From an uncultured Nitrospinaceae bacterium (GTDB lineage: Bacteria; UBA8248), in assembly GCA_964558115.1 (NCBI GenBank), contig CAZLCI010000001.1, positions 6,336 to 70,335 on the forward strand: a stretch of DNA of 64,000 nucleotides, read 5' to 3'. A program made the position numbers and the translations under genes. Positions 10,066 through 19,260 of this stretch are shown piece after piece. The notes below the pieces were generated by a model. The model was not told the origin of the DNA. It did not search any database and worked only from the letters and a program-made list of their open reading frames with translations. Within the stretch, counting starts at the first letter, position 1. The number at the start of each line of letters is the position of its first letter.

Positions 10066-11106
10066 ATGCGAGCAGTAATTCTCAAAGCATTTGGTGGCAG
10101 TGAGAATTTTGAGGATGGAGAATGGCCTGAGCCTAGCCCTATTTCTGGGGAAGTCAAGATCAGAGCAAAAGCAGTTTCTGTAAATCCCACGGACTATAAA
10201 GCACGTTTGGGCGGAAATGAAGGCGCGGTCCCTATTATTTTAGGAAGAGATACTGCTGGTATCGTAGAAGAAGTTGGTGAGAATGTAGATCGTTTTTTTC
10301 CTGGAGACGAAGTAATGGCTTATCTGCCTCGTTTTGGTGATAGCGGGGGAAACGGTTATGCAGAATTTGTTTGCGTTCCCCATGAATTTGTGGCGAAAAA
10401 ACCTAGCAATTTAACTTTTGAGGAGGCAGCTTCGATTCCTTTGGTATCTTTAACTGCGTATGAAGCAGTTTCTATAAAGTCAAATGTCGAAAAAAACGAA
10501 TCTGTTTTTGTGGCAGGAGGTTCTGGAGGAGTGGGGAGTATGGCAGTACAGATGCTTCGTTTCTTTCAGGCAGATCCTTTAATAGTTACAGCGGGAAGTG
10601 ATGAAAGTGCGGTTTATCTTGAAGAACTCGGAATAGAACCCGACAAAATTGTTTTATATTCTGGATTGTCTCTGGATGATGTATATGAAAAAGTTGTGTC
10701 GATGAATAATGGTAAATTGCCAAGAGTTACTTGTGATTTTGTTGGAAAGGATATGAAAAAACTTTGTATGCGCCTTGTTGATTTTCTTGGTCGAGTCGTT
10801 TCGATTGCTCCAGAAGAGGGAGCGCCTATTGATAACTTTTTCTCATCGAAAACAGGACCTATGTATACGAAATCTGCATCCTTTCACAGCGTTTTTTTAA
10901 GATCTCCTGTAAGAGGTGGAGGTCCTGATTACTACGGTGTGTATATGAAGTCTCTGGAAACAATTAGAAACTGGTTAGCGGATGAAGTTTTAAGACCTGG
11001 TAAGCTGGATATAATTGGTCCAATGAACTCCAAGAATATAAGTCATGCACACACTCTTTTGGAAGACGGACACGTAAAGGGTAAGATAGTTCTTCCAGTT
11101 GAATAA
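10066..11106 (+). CDS. MDR-family NADPH:quinone oxidoreductase / zinc-type alcohol dehydrogenase-like
   Basis: 346 aa; MRAVILKAFGG start, GGSGGVGSMAVQ Rossmann motif. Confidence 0.75.
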   Translation: MRAVILKAFGGSENFEDGEWPEPSPISGEVKIRAKAVSVNPTDYKARLGGNEGAVPIILGRDTAGIVEEVGENVDRFFPGDEVMAYLPRFGDSGGNGYAEFVCVPHEFVAKKPSNLTFEEAASIPLVSLTAYEAVSIKSNVEKNESVFVAGGSGGVGSMAVQMLRFFQADPLIVTAGSDESAVYLEELGIEPDKIVLYSGLSLDDVYEKVVSMNNGKLPRVTCDFVGKDMKKLCMRLVDFLGRVVSIAPEEGAPIDNFFSSKTGPMYTKSASFHSVFLRSPVRGGGPDYYGVYMKSLETIRNWLADEVLRPGKLDIIGPMNSKNISHAHTLLEDGHVKGKIVLPVE

Positions 11107-11200
11107 TCTTAATGTTTGAGAGTTTTTGTAATAAAAAAGGTGTAAGATTTTCTAGATACTCGGGAAAATTTCAAGAAATGAAGTTGCTTATATTCGAAGA

Positions 11201-11512
11201 GTGAAGATAATGTTGTTTGACGATAGTTTCACTCACTTTATTTTTCTTTTTTTTAAGGAGTGGTTTTTGAAAAAGGACAGCTTAGGAAAAGAAGATAGGG
11301 AAAATGTTTCCGATAGTCCTGTTGAGAGAAATCTTAGGAGAATATTTGGTCAGATGAGTTTCGAGAAGAGTAATGTATACGAAGCTGGGACTAGAAATGA
11401 TGGAGAAGAAAATATGGATCGTCTAAAAACATTTTCTTCGAAGAAAAAAATTAGAGCAAAAAGAAGAGAAAGAAAAGAAAATAACGGACCAAATTATGTT
11501 CCAGGTCCCTAA
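11201..11512 (+). CDS. Hypothetical K/E/R-rich small protein (doubtful)
   Basis: 103 aa ORF in purine-rich 430-bp gap upstream of mqn cluster; low complexity, may be non-coding. Confidence 0.2.
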   Translation: MKIMLFDDSFTHFIFLFFKEWFLKKDSLGKEDRENVSDSPVERNLRRIFGQMSFEKSNVYEAGTRNDGEENMDRLKTFSSKKKIRAKRRERKENNGPNYVPGP

Positions 11513-11534
11513 ATTTTTATAAGGTAGGTAAAAA

Positions 11535-12674
11535 TTGGATAACCAGTACTATGAAACATATCTTCGAAAGACTTCATTGTCAGAAGTTTTGCAGAAAGTA
11601 GATAAAGGAGATAGATTATCATTTGAAGACGGTCTCTCTTTATACGCTTCAAATGATATTAATGCGATAGGATACTTAGCTAATAAAGTTCGAGAACGAC
11701 TTCATGGTAATCGTACTTTTTACAATGTGAATAGTCATATTAATTATTCGAATGTTTGTGTCTTGTGGAAGGCTTGTAAATTTTGTGCTTTTGGAAAAAA
11801 AGAAGGGCAGCAAGATGCGTACTCCTATTCGTTAGAAGAAATTTTTAAACAGGCGGAAGAACTGGGGAAAGGCCGTACGGAATTTCATATGGTCGGAGGC
11901 CTTCATCCTGACTTACCGTTTGATTATTACTTAGAGATGATTCACGGTATTAAGGAAATTCATCCTCATCTTCATCTGAAATGTTTTACTTCAACTGAAA
12001 TACGTTGGATTGCAGATCATATTGCCAAGATGAGTATTGAAGAAACTTTGGAAACATTGGTTAGAGCAGGACTTGGTTCCCTTACAGGTGGAGGGGCTGA
12101 AATTTTTGCAGAGCCAACAAGATCGAAAATATGCAAAGGGAAACAGTCTGCAGAGGATTGGCTAGAAGTTCACCGAATTGCACACAACATGGGATTATCT
12201 AGTACATGTACTATGTTATATGGCCATATTGAGACTGATGCTGATAGAGTAGATCATATGTTACAACTTCGAGAATTACAGGATGAGACCAATGGTTTTA
12301 CAACATTTATTCCACTATCCTTTCACCCCGATAATACACAAATGAGTGATGTACGTCCTTCTGGTGGCATTTTAGATTTAAAGAATTATGCTGTTAGTAG
12401 ACTTTTATTGGATAATATTCCACATATTAAAGCTTATTGGATTATGGTTGGTCTTCCTATTGCTCAATTAAGTCAACAATATGGAGTAAATGATTTAGAT
12501 GGGACTGTTGTTCAAGAAAAAATTTATCATATGGCTGGAGCTCAAACTCCATCTGAATTAACGGTTGATTATATACGAAATATTATTAGGGAAGTTGGTA
12601 GAGAGCCAGTAGAAAGAGATACCCTCTATAATGAGGTGATTCGTGAAGGAGAGAAATGGGCAGTTCATGCTTAA
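11535..12674 (+). CDS. Radical SAM enzyme of the MqnC/MqnE family (futalosine pathway)
   Basis: 379 aa; NYSNVCVLWKACKFCAF cysteine motif (Cx5Cx2C), HPDLP, TGGGAE, paralog of ORF 15020; MqnC vs MqnE assignment not resolvable by eye. Confidence 0.75.
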   Translation: MDNQYYETYLRKTSLSEVLQKVDKGDRLSFEDGLSLYASNDINAIGYLANKVRERLHGNRTFYNVNSHINYSNVCVLWKACKFCAFGKKEGQQDAYSYSLEEIFKQAEELGKGRTEFHMVGGLHPDLPFDYYLEMIHGIKEIHPHLHLKCFTSTEIRWIADHIAKMSIEETLETLVRAGLGSLTGGGAEIFAEPTRSKICKGKQSAEDWLEVHRIAHNMGLSSTCTMLYGHIETDADRVDHMLQLRELQDETNGFTTFIPLSFHPDNTQMSDVRPSGGILDLKNYAVSRLLLDNIPHIKAYWIMVGLPIAQLSQQYGVNDLDGTVVQEKIYHMAGAQTPSELTVDYIRNIIREVGREPVERDTLYNEVIREGEKWAVHA

Positions 12675-14965
12675 GACTCGGAACAGTTCCTTTCATTAAT
12701 GCAAGACCTCTTACATTCAGTCTCGAAAATAATGAAAACATTCAAATTGTTAGTTTCCCTCCTAGTGAACTATCTTCACTTTTAAAAGATAATAAGTTAG
12801 ATGGTGCATTAGTTTCTTCGTTTTCTTTATTTAGATTAAAGAATTCTAGATATGTGCCTAAAATTGGGATAGTAAGTAATGGTCCAGTAGAAAGTATTCG
12901 CCTGTATTGTAGAAAACCCGCGGATACATTGCAGGTGGTTGGTCTAGATTCTTGGTCTCTTTCCGCAAGCAATATGTTACGCGTTCTGCTGAAACACCGA
13001 TGGGGAGTAGAACCAAAGTTCGTTCCTGTAAATCCCAAAATACCTCCAAAAGAAGATAATCAATTAGATGCATTTCTTTTAATTGGTGACAATGCATTAA
13101 GAGAGCCTCCAGGAGATTTTTATGTGGTGGACTTAGGAGATGAATGGACTGCGTTCACAAAGCTTCCTTTTGTGTATGCAGTCTGGGTTTTCCCGGAAGG
13201 TAAAGGAAATTCTGATATCGCGTGTGAATTAATTAAATCAAAAGAAGAAGGGATTAAGAATCTAGATAAAATTACTTCTGTTCTTGCAAGTGAGAATTTA
13301 TTTATAAAAGAAGGAGATATCCGTAATTATTTAACAAATTGTATTTTATACGATGTGGGAGAAAAAGAGGAAGAAGGGCTAAATTTATATTACGATTACT
13401 TACAGAAAGATGGTCTTGTGGAAAAAGGATGGATTGCGAGGAAATTACCTGTACCAGACATTCGTTTCCATAAAGAAGGAGCAGAAAATCAAAAGGAAGA
13501 TTTAGAAATTTTTAATTCTTCTAATTCTCAAGAAGACGAGCAACTTTGTTTTAAATCTATTGCTGATGTGTCTTCCATGATTAGAGAAAAGAAAATTTCA
13601 CCTTTAGATCTTACACAGTCTTTCTTGAAACAAATTGAAAAAATAAATAGTAAATTGAACGTATACGTTACTGTTACAGAAGAAGAAGCGTTAAAAAAGG
13701 CGACAAAGGCAGAGAAAGAAATCAATAGAGGAAATTATAGAGGCCCTTTGCACGGTATCCCTTTTGCGGCAAAAGATATCATTAATACGGAGAAAATCCT
13801 TACTACAAATGGTTCTAATTTTTTTAAAGATCATTACCCTGACAAGGACGCGTTTGTAATAAGTTCTCTTTACGATGCAGGTGCTGTTTTGTTGGGTAAA
13901 GTGAATACTCATGAGTTTGCTGGGGGTTCAACAACCATCAATCCATTCTATGGTACTACTAAAAATCCATGGAATACCGAGAGGATAGTAGGAGGTTCTA
14001 GTGGAGGTTCTGCGGCTGCCGTAGCTTCGTATTTGACGACTTTTTCATTGGGAACCGATACAGGCGGTTCGATAAGAACTCCTGCTGGTTTTTGTGGTGT
14101 TGTAGGTCTTAAGCCTACTCATGGAAGAGTAAGTTTATCTGGAGTTTGTCCAAACGTTTTGAGCTTTGATCATGTAGGACCGATGGCAAGAAGTACAGAA
14201 GATATAGCTATAATTCTTGAAAGTATGGCAGGGTATGATTTTCAAGATTCTAAATCTAAAGATATTCCTGTTCCAGAATATTCTTCAACCATTGATCAGG
14301 GAATCAAGGATAAGAGGATTGTTATCTGTCCGGATTTTTATAATCATTCTGATGTCGATTCTGCAGTACGAGAAAATTTTGAAAGTGCATGTTTGGTTTT
14401 TGAAAGTCTAGGAGCAATTGTAGAGGAGATCCCTTTCCCACATTTTGAAAAAGTAATGAATATTTTTCCGAAGATAGCTGGACCGGAGTTTTCAGAATTT
14501 CATAGATCCTTTTTTGAAAAGAATCCAAAAAGTTATGGAGAAGATATTTTAAAACGTCTTGATTGGTCTTTTGAAATTTCAATGGACGAGTACGTTAGAG
14601 GTTTGCGTGAACGTGAAATTTTCCAAAGAGAAATGGAGGAATTTTTCAAAACTTTTGATGCTCTTATTTCTCCGGCTCTTCCGTGTGTTGCTCCAACAAT
14701 AGAAGGTCTCAAAGCTAATATAGACAAAAAAGAAATAGTTTATGATTATCTGCATCGACCATTTTTAACTCCTCATAATGTAACAGGATTTCCTGCATTA
14801 GTTTCTCCTACGGGATTTGACCAAATTGGGATGCCTACCTCTATACAGATTGTTTCTGGTCCATGGAAAGAGGAAAGTTTATTCCAGATTGCGCATGCTT
14901 TTGAAAAAGAGAGTTCATCATATAGAAATGTTATTCCTGAAATTATACTTAGAGAGAATGGTTAG
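12656..14965 (+). CDS. mqnA: Bifunctional-looking fusion: MqnA chorismate dehydratase domain (aa ~1-275) + amidase-signature enzyme (aa ~295-769)
   Basis: N-term LRLGTVPFINARPL MqnA motif; C-term typical AS-family N-terminus (ISPLDLTQSFLKQIEKINSKLNVYVTV), AAKDII Lys, GGSSGGSAAAVA Ser-cisSer-Lys block; single uninterrupted 769-aa ORF. Confidence 0.75.
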   Translation: MGSSCLRLGTVPFINARPLTFSLENNENIQIVSFPPSELSSLLKDNKLDGALVSSFSLFRLKNSRYVPKIGIVSNGPVESIRLYCRKPADTLQVVGLDSWSLSASNMLRVLLKHRWGVEPKFVPVNPKIPPKEDNQLDAFLLIGDNALREPPGDFYVVDLGDEWTAFTKLPFVYAVWVFPEGKGNSDIACELIKSKEEGIKNLDKITSVLASENLFIKEGDIRNYLTNCILYDVGEKEEEGLNLYYDYLQKDGLVEKGWIARKLPVPDIRFHKEGAENQKEDLEIFNSSNSQEDEQLCFKSIADVSSMIREKKISPLDLTQSFLKQIEKINSKLNVYVTVTEEEALKKATKAEKEINRGNYRGPLHGIPFAAKDIINTEKILTTNGSNFFKDHYPDKDAFVISSLYDAGAVLLGKVNTHEFAGGSTTINPFYGTTKNPWNTERIVGGSSGGSAAAVASYLTTFSLGTDTGGSIRTPAGFCGVVGLKPTHGRVSLSGVCPNVLSFDHVGPMARSTEDIAIILESMAGYDFQDSKSKDIPVPEYSSTIDQGIKDKRIVICPDFYNHSDVDSAVRENFESACLVFESLGAIVEEIPFPHFEKVMNIFPKIAGPEFSEFHRSFFEKNPKSYGEDILKRLDWSFEISMDEYVRGLREREIFQREMEEFFKTFDALISPALPCVAPTIEGLKANIDKKEIVYDYLHRPFLTPHNVTGFPALVSPTGFDQIGMPTSIQIVSGPWKEESLFQIAHAFEKESSSYRNVIPEIILRENG

Positions 14966-15019
14966 TTTTGTTATTTATGGCATAATTTTTTCGTAATTTA
15001 TTACGGAGATGATTTAATA

Positions 15020-16093
15020 ATGGCAGAAAAAAGATTTTACGAGGTAATAGAGAAAACCTTACTTGGTGAAAGATTATCTTCAGATGACTGTCTTGTATTG
15101 TTTCAAGGTGATGACTTAGTTGCGCTCGGCGCTGCTGCTGATCAAATCAGAAATTCTTATCACCCAGGGCGTATTGCTACTTATTGCGTTGATCGAAATA
15201 TAAATTATACGAATGTATGTGATGTTTATTGTACATTCTGTGCATTCTATAGACCTCCAGGTGGACATCCCGAATCATATGTAAGAACAAAAGAAGAAAT
15301 CAAGGAAAAGATAGATGAATTATATTCTTTGGGAGGAAAGCAGATTCTATTACAAGGAGGACACCACCCAGATCTGCGAATAGAATGGTATGAAGGTTTA
15401 TTTTCATGGATGAAGGCTGAATATCCCGATCTACATTTACATGCGCTGAGCCCTCCAGAGATTTATCATATTTCCAAACTAGAAGATATGCCGTTTGAAG
15501 TTGTAATAAATAGGTTGCATCAAGCTGGTCTTGATTCTATTCCAGGAGGTGGTGGGGAAATTTTAGTAGATCGAGTTCGAAACAAGATTTCAAAATTAAA
15601 AGTCAATACAGAAGGGTGGCTCGAAATTATGAGAGTAGCACACGGTCTTGGTTTGCGATCTACTGCTACAATGATGTTTGGTCATGTGGAAACTCTAGAA
15701 GAGAGAGTTGAACATTTAAATTCTTTAAGAGAATTGCAGGATCAAACAAAAGGTTTTACTGCATTTATTTGTTGGACTTTCCAGAATGACGGTTCTGCAA
15801 CTCTAAGAGTTCCCACAGTAGGTAGTAGTGAATATTTAAAAACATTGTCTATCAGCAGACTTTTTTTAGATAATATTCCAAATTTTCAATCTTCTTGGGT
15901 GACTCAAGGAATGAAGATTGGAGAACTTTCCCTTCACTATGGTGCAAATGACATGGGGTCTACTATGATTGAGGAGAATGTCGTGAGTTCTGCGGGCACG
16001 ACTTATTGCCTGAATGAAGAAGATTTGAGTGTCATGGCAAAGAATGCTGGTCTAGTGCCGAAAAGACGAAATTTTTTCTATGATTTAGTCTGA
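15020..16093 (+). CDS. Radical SAM enzyme of the MqnE/MqnC family (aminofutalosine synthase or cyclic dehydroxyfutalosine synthase)
   Basis: 357 aa; canonical NYTNVCDVYCTFCAF (Cx3Cx2C), PGGGGEI, paralog of ORF 11535. Confidence 0.8.
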   Translation: MAEKRFYEVIEKTLLGERLSSDDCLVLFQGDDLVALGAAADQIRNSYHPGRIATYCVDRNINYTNVCDVYCTFCAFYRPPGGHPESYVRTKEEIKEKIDELYSLGGKQILLQGGHHPDLRIEWYEGLFSWMKAEYPDLHLHALSPPEIYHISKLEDMPFEVVINRLHQAGLDSIPGGGGEILVDRVRNKISKLKVNTEGWLEIMRVAHGLGLRSTATMMFGHVETLEERVEHLNSLRELQDQTKGFTAFICWTFQNDGSATLRVPTVGSSEYLKTLSISRLFLDNIPNFQSSWVTQGMKIGELSLHYGANDMGSTMIEENVVSSAGTTYCLNEEDLSVMAKNAGLVPKRRNFFYDLV

Positions 16094-16103
16094 TTTTTCT
16101 TTC

Positions 16104-17381
16104 GTGAAAGAATTAAGTTTGGATAACACTAAAGATACATTTCAACTATGGACAGCCGATCTTATTTGCCCGGTAAACGATTTACCTATAAGAAATGGAG
16201 CAGTTTTAACTTCAAATGGTAAAGTTTTAGCAGTAGGAGAGGAAGAATTTATTCGTCCTCACAGCACTTTTGTAACCGAGAGACACTTTGAAAACTCGAT
16301 TCTTATTCCAGGACTAGTGAATTCACATACACATCTTGAATTAAGTGGTATGCAAATTTTACCATCGAAACTGTCGGAATGGATTCCAAATTTAGTATCG
16401 CAAACAAGAGAGTGGCCGAGTCATTTATTTCTTTCTTCCTCAAGGATTGGAACAGCTAAAAGTATTTCTTCAGGCGTAACCTGTGTTGGAGATATTAGCG
16501 TCTCGGGTGAGAGTAAGACAGCTATTGTTGATGCAGGAATGAGGGGCATAATTTTTCATGAATTTTTAGGAATTAATGAAAAAGAAGCTGAATCAATTTT
16601 TAATAAAAAAATAGCAGAAATTTATGAATCTAAGGATTACGAAGGAGAATCGAACGAATTTGTTCGTAATGGTCTTAGTCCTCATTCTCCTTATTCTGCT
16701 TCTTTCGATCTTTATAATAGAATTGTGTCTCATGGAAGTTCAAATAATTTCAAAGTAGCAACACATCTTCTTGAAAGTCCAGATGAGTTGCAATTTTTGC
16801 AGACTGGGGAAGGTGATTTTCAAGAGATGTTCGAAAGATTACAAAGTGATATAGATTTTTTTGAACCTTTCGGTTGCAGTCCCATAGAGTTTTTTAATCA
16901 AAAGGGGATTCTTCGAAATATTCATCTAACTATTCATTGTAATCAAACGGATGAAAATGATTGGAGATTATTACGGACAAACGGAGTCTATGTTTGTGTT
17001 TGTCCAAGGTCTGCATCTTTTTTTGATCATGCTTTAGCAGATATTCGAGGAATGAGGAATCAAGGAGTAATGTTGTGTCTAGGGACAGATAGTCTTGCTA
17101 GTTCTCCTTCTCTATCTGTTTTGGAAGAAGCAATAGCCTTAAGAGAAGCAGATAGTACTATCGAAGCAAGTGAACTTCTTATGTATTGCACACTCTCTGG
17201 TTCAAAGGCTTTAGGATTTGAAAATGAAGGAATTGGTTCAATTATGCCTGGAGGTGTTGCAGATTTTGCAGTTGTAGAAGTATCCAAAGACCATAAATAT
17301 TTAGATATAGAACATATTTTCGACAAACGTTCGGTTGTTGGATGTACTGTTATAAATGGGATGATACGATTTGAAAAATAA
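16104..17381 (+). CDS. Amidohydrolase-superfamily deaminase (aminodeoxyfutalosine/MTA/SAH deaminase-like)
   Basis: 425 aa; LVNSHTHLELS metal-binding HxH, downstream His/Asp ligands (GTDSLAS); position in mqn cluster. Confidence 0.6.
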   Translation: MKELSLDNTKDTFQLWTADLICPVNDLPIRNGAVLTSNGKVLAVGEEEFIRPHSTFVTERHFENSILIPGLVNSHTHLELSGMQILPSKLSEWIPNLVSQTREWPSHLFLSSSRIGTAKSISSGVTCVGDISVSGESKTAIVDAGMRGIIFHEFLGINEKEAESIFNKKIAEIYESKDYEGESNEFVRNGLSPHSPYSASFDLYNRIVSHGSSNNFKVATHLLESPDELQFLQTGEGDFQEMFERLQSDIDFFEPFGCSPIEFFNQKGILRNIHLTIHCNQTDENDWRLLRTNGVYVCVCPRSASFFDHALADIRGMRNQGVMLCLGTDSLASSPSLSVLEEAIALREADSTIEASELLMYCTLSGSKALGFENEGIGSIMPGGVADFAVVEVSKDHKYLDIEHIFDKRSVVGCTVINGMIRFEK

Positions 17382-17464
17382 ATATTAATGGGTTTGAATA
17401 AGTAAGAATTTTGTAATCAATTAATTTATGGGCCTAGATAGTCCAGAGAGGAGAATTTTTTCTG

Positions 17465-18070
17465 ATGCCAAAAAAAGAAATGTTATTTGATAAAACTAAT
17501 TGGAGAACTAGAAAACCAAGATATGATGTAGCAGAGGCAAAAATCGGAAGGGTGCTAACGGTGAGAATGGCACCGGGAGATGATTTATTCGGAACCACAG
17601 TAAAAATATGCAAGGAAAAAAAATTAAAATCAGGAGTGATATTGAGTGTAGCAGCTAGTCTTAGAAAAGCGACATTAAGAAATGTATGGAAATTTCCAGA
17701 ACCTTTCCCTATTAATGATGAATGTAGAATCTTTACTCCTATCAATGGACCATTAGAACTTTTGCAAATGAGCGGCAATATTACACAGACAGAAAATGGA
17801 GAACCTTATCTTCATGCGCATGTAACTATTTCTATGGGAAGGCCAGAAGCGACATGCTTCGGAGGCCATCTTGTTGAAGGATGTGAAATTTTTAGTACTT
17901 GCGAGATGGTGATAGCAGAGATTGATGGTATTGATTTTATGAGACTGATGGATAAGCATACACGTGTAGGCGAAATATATGGAATCGAACTTGAGGGAAA
18001 AAGTTCTACTCAAGTAAAAAAAGCTATTTCTGATAGAAAGAAACGTCCTAAACCTAATGGAGTTAGGTAG
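17465..18070 (+). CDS. PPC/DUF296 domain protein
   Basis: 201 aa; LHAHVTIS...GGHLVEG pattern of the PPC (DUF296) fold. Confidence 0.4.
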   Translation: MPKKEMLFDKTNWRTRKPRYDVAEAKIGRVLTVRMAPGDDLFGTTVKICKEKKLKSGVILSVAASLRKATLRNVWKFPEPFPINDECRIFTPINGPLELLQMSGNITQTENGEPYLHAHVTISMGRPEATCFGGHLVEGCEIFSTCEMVIAEIDGIDFMRLMDKHTRVGEIYGIELEGKSSTQVKKAISDRKKRPKPNGVR

Positions 18071-18346
18071 TTTCCTTTTCGTCAGATGATTTTTGAGATT
18101 TCTTAAATCGTTGATTCATACTTTGTGCTATTCCACCTATTACGGCTGAAACTACGTTGAAAGTTGAGTCTAGAGTTTCTTCTGATATTTCTTTTTTTCT
18201 AGCATCTGCTAGACGGTGGTTTACTCAGGGTTGGCAGTTTCTCGTGATAGCTACTGAGAGACCTATTAGAATTTTTTCTCTTTCTGTCAACAGATCGGAA
18301 CTGTGTGCATCACGATAAAATTTTCGGAAATCTGATTTGTCTGACA
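18062..18346 (-). CDS. AhpD/carboxymuconolactone-decarboxylase-like selenoprotein (in-frame TGA = Sec at codon 41); not in ORF track
   Basis: Minus-strand ATG 18346..18344 with AAAGGA RBS; MSDKSDFRKFYRDAHSSDLLTEREKILIGLSVAITRNCQP-TGA-VNHRLADARKKEISEETLDSTFNVVSAVIGGIAQSMNQRFKK...; TGA (plus 18224..18226) falls where the second Cys of the CMD C-x-x-C...H motif sits, giving CQPU-VNH; 6-bp hairpin 12 nt after TGA. Confidence 0.55.
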
Positions 18347-18469
18347 TGATTAGTCCTTTGTAAGAGGTTTGGTGAAATTATGGATAAAAATGAAATACTA
18401 GCATTTATCCTAAACGAGTTTTAATATTTTCATCAAATAATTTTACTAAAAATTAACAAGAGGTGAAAT

Positions 18470-19255
18470 TTGGAGCTGGGACTTAAGGGCAAAGTTGCAA
18501 TTATAACTGGAGGTAGTGCTGGTCTTGGTCTAGCATCTGCATGTGAATTGGCAAAAGAGGGTTGTCATGTAGCTATTTGCGCAAGAAACTCAGAGAGACT
18601 TATGAGCGCAAAAAACAAAATCGAACAAATTGCAAATGCTGAAGTTTTGGCAATTCAAAGTGATGTCTCTACTATTTCTGATACAAAAAAAATAGTGGAG
18701 GAGGTAATAAATCATTTCAGTACAATTCATATATTACTTAGTAATGCTGGTGTTAGTTTGACAAAAAACTTTCTGGATCTTGAAATCAAAGACTGGAAAG
18801 AATTGATGGATCTTAATCTTTATGCTGGAGTTCAATTATGTAAAGAAATTATTCCTTACATGCAGAGACAAAAGTGGGGTCGAATTATTTTTACCGGTTC
18901 AACTAGCATCAAACAACCAAGAGAAAAAAGAAGTGTCGCGAATGTTACGAAATCTACACTTTTAAATTTTATGAAATCTATAGCAAATGAATTTATTCTA
19001 GATGGGATTCTTGTGAATATGATAAGCCCGGGACGTTTTGATACACATTGGGAAGAGAGGATTAACGCAATGTCTTTAGAAACTGGAAAATCTAGAAATG
19101 AAATTTACTCCGATGTTATTAAAGATATTAAAATAGGCCGTCTTGGGAAGCCAGAAGAGTTTGCAGCTGCTGTTGCATTTCTTGCTAGCGAAAGAGCTAG
19201 TTTTATTACTGGAATCAATATGCAGGTTGATGGTGGAGAATTGAGAAGTATCTAA
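18470..19255 (+). CDS. Short-chain dehydrogenase/reductase (SDR)
   Basis: 261 aa; GKVAIITGGSAGLGLA cofactor motif, NAG, catalytic Y-x3-K region. Confidence 0.8.
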   Translation: MELGLKGKVAIITGGSAGLGLASACELAKEGCHVAICARNSERLMSAKNKIEQIANAEVLAIQSDVSTISDTKKIVEEVINHFSTIHILLSNAGVSLTKNFLDLEIKDWKELMDLNLYAGVQLCKEIIPYMQRQKWGRIIFTGSTSIKQPREKRSVANVTKSTLLNFMKSIANEFILDGILVNMISPGRFDTHWEERINAMSLETGKSRNEIYSDVIKDIKIGRLGKPEEFAAAVAFLASERASFITGINMQVDGGELRSI

Positions 19256-19260
19256 AGCGT

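Noticed and set aside
13440-13540. Whether the MqnA-amidase fusion is simply two adjacent genes
   Set aside because: Not rejected as a finding. The two-gene reading was rejected for this assembly because the reading frame is continuous, the amidase N-terminal helix begins without any Met/Val/Leu start plus RBS, and the linker is translated in frame. A sequencing frameshift remains the main alternative and is flagged in the finding.
18062-18346. Reading the CMD-like locus as an ordinary pseudogene with a nonsense mutation
   Set aside because: It is kept only as the alternative. There is a single lesion, it falls exactly at the redox-active Cys position giving a CxxU motif, and the start, RBS and downstream frame are intact with a hairpin just 3' of the TGA. 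These favour a selenoprotein over random decay, but this cannot be proven from sequence alone.
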